Positions 56,507 through 64,000 of a stretch of DNA of 64,000 nucleotides are shown piece by piece (the first letter of the stretch is position 1; each line of letters opens with the position of its first letter). The stretch is taken from NCBI GenBank assembly GCA_964016885.1, contig OZ024749.1, positions 48,546,001 through 48,610,000 of the forward strand, in the 5' to 3' direction. The position numbers and the translations under genes are program-made. The notes below the pieces were generated by a model that was not told the DNA's origin, did no database searches, and saw only the letters and a program-made list of their open reading frames with translations. Origin of the DNA: Eledone cirrhosa. Lineage: Eukaryota.

Positions 56507-56585
56507 AGTTTTAATATAGAAGAGATTCCTGATGATTTCTAATGAATGAAACAGTTCTAGTCCTGTAGAATCTCTTCTATATTAA

Positions 56586-56589
<4 letters not shown>
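56507..56589 (+). ncRNA. Type I hammerhead ribozyme with a perfect 22 bp stem I
   Basis: AGTTTTAATATAGAAGAGATTC pairs with GAATCTCTTCTATATTAAAACT; CTGATGA; weak stem II (T.T then TTC/GAA); GAAA; stem III ACAG/CTGT; GTA site with predicted cut after 56567. Confidence 0.82.
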
Positions 56590-56628
<39 letters not shown>

Positions 56629-56629
56629 A

Positions 56630-56673
<44 letters not shown>

Positions 56674-56985
56674 TTATATATATATATATATATATATATA
56701 TAAGTAGATACTTTCATGGATTTTATTATTTGTGTTTTGGGCCATGTTTGGGCAACGTGGCTACAATGGCATTCCTGCTTAAGGACGTAGATGTACATTT
56801 TGAACTAGTTTCAGAAATCGAGCAATGGTCACAAAGGATTACTAATCAACCATACTAAGAATCGTGTGCAGAAAAGGACACGAAGAATTAAGGTCAAATA
56901 TTAGACGTATTGATAGATGGTTTATTGACATTATAGAATGATTGATGGCAACATATATATTTATGCAAGTATATATGTATATATA

Positions 56986-57027
<42 letters not shown>

Positions 57028-57524
57028 CTCCTACAAATATTCATATATATATTCATTCATATGTGTGTGTGTGTGTCTGTTAGTTTGTGTGTATATATAA
57101 TCAAACACACATACACACTTTCATGAAAAACTTATGTAGGTTCAAAATGTGTTGACTTCGATCCATGCTTCTTCGGTTATAGTATATAACGTAAGCACAC
57201 ACATCGAAACACGACCTCTACCAACAGGCTTCCCACATGACTGTACATAAGAGAAGATTTGCATATCATTATCTGCTTTAAATGCCATCTAATATTTTGA
57301 AAGCATCTTCCAAATCAGCATTATTATTAAGCTTTTCACTGTCTATTCCTTTAAGTATTCTTACATTACTTAACTAACGTGGCTCATGTGGGTATACTTT
57401 ATTTGTTAGGTTATGAATAATTTCACACATTCTATTCCTCATTGAATAATGCATTTATGGTCTTCTCCTCATAAGAGAGCAGAACCTGATGGTGTACATA
57501 ATTCTATAAGTAATCTAATAATAA

Positions 57525-57710
57525 TGTTCTACTTTTGGCACAAGGCCAATAATTATCCTAGTGCATTACTGGTACTTTATTTTAGCGTCCCCGTAAGGAT
57601 GAAAGACAAAGTTAACCTTGGTGGGTTTTGAACTCAGACCTTAAAAGGCTGTAACTCCATGCTGCAAAGCATAGCGTCCAACCCTCGACTGATACTGCCA
57701 ATTCATCACC
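57525..57710 (-). mobile_element. Full-length dominant SINE
   Basis: Complete family match. Confidence 0.88.
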
Positions 57711-57934
57711 TAAGTCTAATAATAAATAAATATAGAGTCTTTGAATCTTAGGTCATTAAAGTTGTTAAAAACTAAATTGTCTATTTTTACTTCACTATAA
57801 TTTCTCTCCGTAACCCATTCATAAATTATATATATTTATACATGTTTAGATGTAAATAACATTGTGGGTGTGCCTACAAGACTATAAGGGCATATATGTC
57901 TCCTCTCAATTATATGTATTTTAAGTATATTAAT

Positions 57935-58124
57935 GGCGGTGGATGGCAGTATCGGTAGAGGGTCGGACGCCATGCTTTGATGCATAGAGTTACGGCCCTT
58001 GCTATTCTGAGTTCAAATCCCGCCGAGGTTAACTTTGCCTTTCATCCTTACGGGGTCGATAAAATAAAGTACCAGTAATGTACTGGGTAATTTCTGGCCT
58101 TGTGCCAATAGTAGAAACAATTAT
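57935..58124 (+). mobile_element. Full-length dominant SINE, near consensus
   Basis: GGCGGTGGATGGCAGTATCGGTAGAGGGTCGGACGCC...GAGTTCAAATCCCGCCGAGG...GTAGAAACAATTATT. Confidence 0.92.
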
Positions 58125-59207
58125 TGTCTGAGATAAAGAAAGCGTTACTGCAGTAATGATGAAAATGGTGGGGGCGATAGTGAATGCGTTATTGTAGAGT
58201 TTTTAGTGATGAATACGAAAACTAATTAATGCATGCATGGTTTCACTAAATGAATAGCTGGTTAAGAGTTGGGAGGGAGGGGTTGGTAGTATTAATCAGT
58301 TTCCTCTTATTCATTCTTTCCTCCCAAAACCCAGCATCACAATTTCACATTCATTAGCATTTATGGCAGTGTATAATACATAGAATCTGTTTTATCATCT
58401 GTATTGAGTTCATGTTTTTTTGTTCCCTTGTTGATACAGTTACTATTTTTATTGTTATTGTTTTTCGCTGTTCTTTATTTGCATTTCTATATAGGATGAT
58501 AATTCTATATAAATACAAAAATATATAGGTATAACAAACAATTGTAAATATAGGCGTGCAAACTTAACAAATGATATCTATGGAACTCTTATTAAACATA
58601 AAATCATTACAGTGTAATCATTAGCAACGAGAAACGCATCTTCAACAATAAAGACAACTACAACAACAGCCACAATAATTGCAGGAATCTAACAATAGAT
58701 TCAATGACAGTATCAACAATAGCGATAAAACCCTAAGCAGGAAAAAGGTGACATGATGAACATCAACTACAACAAAGAGAATGAAAAAAACGTGAATAAA
58801 AAAAAACGTATAAACAAACGTACTTAAATAAGGATTTCAATGTAACCAAAATTATGTTAGAGATAGCAACCAAATCTCACTCAAATCAAACACTGTCGTC
58901 TTATGAAATGTAAAATATATTGCAAAACGTAATGCTAGACATATATTGTTTTAAAATGAAAAGGGATGGGATGCTTAGACCTCCTTATATTTTGTTTGAT
59001 GAGTCCGAACATTAATAAAAATAACATCATTAGTGACATAAGAAACACAGATAAAAAATAAGAAGAAAATACAACGGATATTAAAATTTTAGAAGAAAAA
59101 AATATCAATGACAGAGAAATAGATACAAGGACAAATACAACAGAATAACATACAAGACATACACATTAACAGAACTACAATCAATACAAAGTTGATAGTA
59201 GTAGCGC

Positions 59208-59227
59208 TGTAGTAGTAGTAGTGGAAA

Positions 59228-59280
<53 letters not shown>

Positions 59281-59281
59281 A

Positions 59282-59315
<34 letters not shown>

Positions 59316-59338
59316 GGTGGTAGTAGTAGTAGTGGAAA

Positions 59339-59390
<52 letters not shown>

Positions 59391-59428
59391 GGTGGTGGTG
59401 GTGGTGGTGGTAGTAGTAGTAGTGGAAA

Positions 59429-59492
<64 letters not shown>

Positions 59493-59595
59493 GGTGGTGG
59501 TGGTAGTAGTAGTAGTGGAAATAGTAGTAGTAGTATTAGTAGTAGTAGTAGTAGTAGTTTTAGTAATAGTAGTGGTAGTAGTAGTGGTGGTGGTG

Positions 59596-59659
<64 letters not shown>

Positions 59660-59894
59660 GAGTGGCAGTGGTAGTAGTAGTAGTGATAGTGGTAGTATTA
59701 GTGGCGGTGGTAGTGGTGGTGGCTGTGGTAGTAGTAGTAGCAGTAGTAGTAGTGGTAGTGGTAGTAGTAGTAGTAGTATCAATAGTAGTAATAGTAGTAG
59801 TAGTAGTAGTAGTGGTAGTAGTAGTAGCAGCAGCAACAGCAGTGGTGGTAGTAGTAGTAGTAGTAGTAGTTGTATTTAGTAGTAGCAGCAGCAA

Positions 59895-59967
<73 letters not shown>

Positions 59968-59977
59968 AACAGCAGCA
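59208..59977. repeat. (GTA)n/(GTG)n compound microsatellite with a higher-order GTGGAAATA-punctuated unit
   Basis: GTGGAAATA recurs at about 59221, 59332, 59422 and 59515. Confidence 0.92.
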
Positions 59978-60234
59978 TCAAAACAAGCAAGATGTAATAG
60001 GAATCATCTCAACAACTGCAAAAACAAACACTACTACTACATGCTGCACAATAAAATAGTAATATTCCACAATATTAACATTAAAGTCACAGCAGGAACA
60101 AGTTAGAAGTATAGATACCATAGAAAACAACTCTAAATCTGTAAATATCGAATGAGAAGCATGAAAAAATGTATAATAATCGTAAACATTAGCTTCTGCC
60201 CACGTATAAGAAACCATTATTATTAGTATATAAG

Positions 60235-60772
60235 GGCGGTGGATTGGCAGTATCGGTAGAGGGGCGGACGCCATGCTTTGCAGCAGAGTTACGTTCCTTT
60301 ATGGTCTGAGTTCAAATCCCGCCGAGCTTAACTTAGCCTGTCATCCTTAAGGGGTCGATAAAATATACCACTAATACACTGTGATAAATGCTGACCCAGC
60401 GCCGGTAGAGGGCCAGACGCCATGCTTTGCAGCAAAGAGTTACGTCCCTTTACGGACTGAGTTCATATCTCGCAGAGGTTAACTTTGCCTTTCATCCTTA
60501 CAGGGTCGATAAAATAAAGTACCAGTAATACACTGGGTAATTGCTGGCCTTGTTCCAAAAGTAGAAACAATTATTATATAATCGCGCTGGATTGGTAGTA
60601 TCGGTAGAGGATTGGACACCATGATTTGACGCATAGAGTTATGGCATTTTCCATTCTGCGTTCAAATGCCACCGGGGTTAGATTTGCCTTTCATCCTTAC
60701 TGGGTCGATAAAATAAAGGACCAGTAATGTACTGGTTAATTGTTGGCCTTGTGCCACAAGTAGAAATAATAA
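60235..60772 (+). mobile_element. Three tandem plus-strand copies of the dominant SINE
   Basis: Heads at about 60235, 60402 and 60586. Confidence 0.88.
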
Positions 60773-61107
60773 TAATTATTATATTAGAAACCATTATTTT
60801 CTGCCACAAGGTTGAGGTTTGATGAGGTATTACAAGATCAAATTCAAGAAATAGTTGGGAGCGTTTCATATAGAACCACCTAGAAGGAAACAGGTAAATA
60901 GAAAAAATAAACGAAACGAATCAACATAAAAGAAAACAAGAAGAATAAGAACAGCAATAACACGAATAAGAATATTGATAACATCACTAATACTAACAAT
61001 GGTTTCTTTATTGGCCACAAGGGCCAACATGAAGAAAAACATTACAGACGGCACAAAACGGTACAGTACGATACAAAATGGGTTTATCACTAATACTAAC
61101 AATATTA

Positions 61108-61870
61108 ATTGTTTCTATGTTTGGCACAATGCCAATAATCTGAGGGGAGAAGAAATTCAATTAAATTGACACCAATGCATTACTTGTACTTTATTTCACC
61201 CACCAAGTAAGGATGAAAGGCAAAGCTAACCTCTGCGGGATGTGAACTGAGAACATAAGGGATCGTAACTCTGTGTCACAAAGCATGGTGCCCGATGCTC
61301 TAACAATTCTGCCAATCCACCACCCGAATAATATTTGTTTCTACTTTTGGCACAAGCCTGAAATTACCCTAGTGCATTACTGGTACTTTAATTTATCGAC
61401 CCCGTAAGGATGAAAGGCATAGCTAACCTCGGTGTGATGTGAACCCAGAACGTAATGGATCGTAATGGACTCTATGCCACAAATCATGGTGTCCGACGCT
61501 CTACCAATTCCGCCAATCCAGCACCCGAATAATAATAATAATAATTTTAGTGATAATAATAATATTAGTTTCTACTTTTGGCACAAGGCCACAAATTATC
61601 CCAGTGTATTACTGGTACTTTATTTTATCGACCCCGTAAGGATGAAAGGCAAAGTTAACCTAGGCGGGATTTGAACTCAGTCCGTAAAGGGACGTAACTG
61701 TGCTGCAAAGCATGGTGTCCGACCCTCTACTGGTACTGCCGACAAGGCCAGCAATTATCCCAATGCATTACTGGTGGTTTAGTTTATCGAACCGGTAAGC
61801 ATGAAAGGCAAAATTAAACTTGGTGGACTTGAACTCGGAACGTAAAGGGCCATCATCCTCTGCCGCATGG
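61108..61870 (-). mobile_element. Four tandem minus-strand copies of the dominant SINE
   Basis: Copies at about 61108-61325, 61335-61525, 61568-61740 and 61742-61870. Confidence 0.88.
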
Positions 61871-62334
61871 TAACCTAATTACTAAAAGGTAAAATAAAAT
61901 GAACTATAAATAAATACAATAGGTGACTATAGATTATAAAAAGAAAAGAAAACGCAAAAAAGCTCTGAATGAAACAATGAATAATAACTATAGTTATGCT
62001 ATGAATATTACTAATAATGTAAAGAAATTTTAAGTAAACGAAAGTGTCGACACACGGACTATAACAATAAATATAATATGGCAATAGCTACAGCCATAAA
62101 AGCGATCAGCATAACAGCAATAGGGCAATATATTTTAACTGAAAATAGAACTACGTTAGAAATAACACACAAAACATCAGTGGAGTTAGAAACACAAATA
62201 ATGAGTTTGAGATCACCAGCAAACAACATCAATAAGCGACTTGGTAACCCTATACGCACTCATAAAAGAGTATAATTATACAGTGCATACACATTAATTC
62301 AGAGTTGCTGAAACAAGCATCACACACACATATA

Positions 62335-62456
<122 letters not shown>

Positions 62457-62723
62457 CACACAAACACACACACACATATATATATACATTTATATATCTG
62501 TGTATGTGTGTGTGTGTATGGTAGTATACACGTATGTATGTATATTATTATAAACGTAACAATAACATTGTAATATGTGACTACTTAAATATAAATATTT
62601 TTCTATCGACCTATCAGTTACCCTATTTCTCTCCACTCATAAACACACATACTCATACACCCCCCTGCACACCTCCATATATATATATATATGTACGTGT
62701 GTGTGTGTGTGTGTATACATATA

Positions 62724-62796
<73 letters not shown>

Positions 62797-64000
62797 GATT
62801 TTAAGAGATTATACATGTCTTGCTGGTGTTTCAACAAATGAAATGTGAAGAATAATGTAAATGGAAAAATTGTATTAACCTCCAGTATAGCATGCACCAG
62901 TCAATTCATAACTAATATCTGAACATAACATGAAATAAACCTCCTTAATGCAAGATTGTACGCCTCTCTTGTAACATGAGTTGAATTAAAAACACACAGA
63001 AACGTTTGGAGAATGTGATCTTCAGAAAAATATCCGAGTATCACGAGTACATTATAAATCTGCTGGTAAAAAAAGAGATCTAAATTGCCGCGGTTTATTA
63101 AATATATTAATGCTCAGATATTGACTTCCGTATATAATCTATAATGCAAGTTAAGGAAAGTCTAATACAAATGTCTTCAATTCCTTCAAAATGTCATTGT
63201 TACTTAAATGTTCTATGCACTAACACTCTGGTTATACAATGAGTTGTTTGCACCAAAAATTAATTCCTGATTATTATCATACACTGATGAACACATTCGT
63301 TTTATTAACTGGTTGCCGAATTAAAATCGTCTCATAATATATTTAGTTACAGATATTTATCATGTATAATACGTATTATTATGAATGGAGCGTTGAAATG
63401 TTTTATATTCCAGGTACTGTTTTGGATTAAGAGATAAATATAAGTTTCGTAATAACTGAAGATCAATAGCATTAATATTTGATATTAACGTACGACTATT
63501 ATTTATTTTAGTTTAAATACCAATGCACTCTGATTCACATCCATATAATAGGCACTGCGTTCATATGCTGCTTAAGGAATTCAACAGATTTTACATTTGA
63601 AAAGTATCTGCGCGTGAAATAAGAATATAAAAAAGCATAATAAAATAAAAATGAATGTGAAAATGGGCGGGGGTAAAATACATACATTGGTGATGTATGG
63701 ACACAAACAACATGTTCATATGTATTATTTTACAAGATACAAGAATAGATTTTAAAGAATTAGTGAATGCGTGTGATTGTGCTACACCTTGGTGTCTCTT
63801 GTATATAATTCCAATATAACTAAAAGCGTTTGTATGGCTCTGAAACTACCATAAATATGAAAGCTATTATTCACTCAACACACAAGGAGTTATATATTTG
63901 CTTTCCTTTGATCCGCCCGAAAACGAATATATATATATATATAGAGAGAGAGAGAATTATTTAATATACATATTTTTTACATATAGTATGATAACTAGAA

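Overview
AT-rich, microsatellite-saturated eukaryotic DNA, most likely from an octopus or other coleoid cephalopod (inferred from the SINE types and repeat load, not proven). The only host protein-coding sequence I can support is the first coding exon of a neuroligin-family gene on the minus strand (1321->871). The other ~62 kb is upstream DNA or 5'-UTR intron. It contains simple repeats, about 25 copies of one tRNA-derived SINE, and 3' fragments of four retrotransposon types: Penelope-like (Neptune-type, GIY-YIG), R4/Dong-like RLE LINE, RTE-like LINE and a probable Tx1-like LINE. The most notable unannotated signal is a set of short unique islands, mostly in or beside (TA)n tracts, that carry type I hammerhead ribozyme motifs. 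I count about 12 intact or decayed copies from several families. They include two near-perfect ribozymes 330 bp apart at 56.1-56.6 kb, a U3-A8 core variant present twice, and one ribozyme directly 3' of the Penelope GIY-YIG ORF. Almost all ORFs in the supplied track are microsatellite artefacts. Repeat boundaries were read by eye and are approximate.
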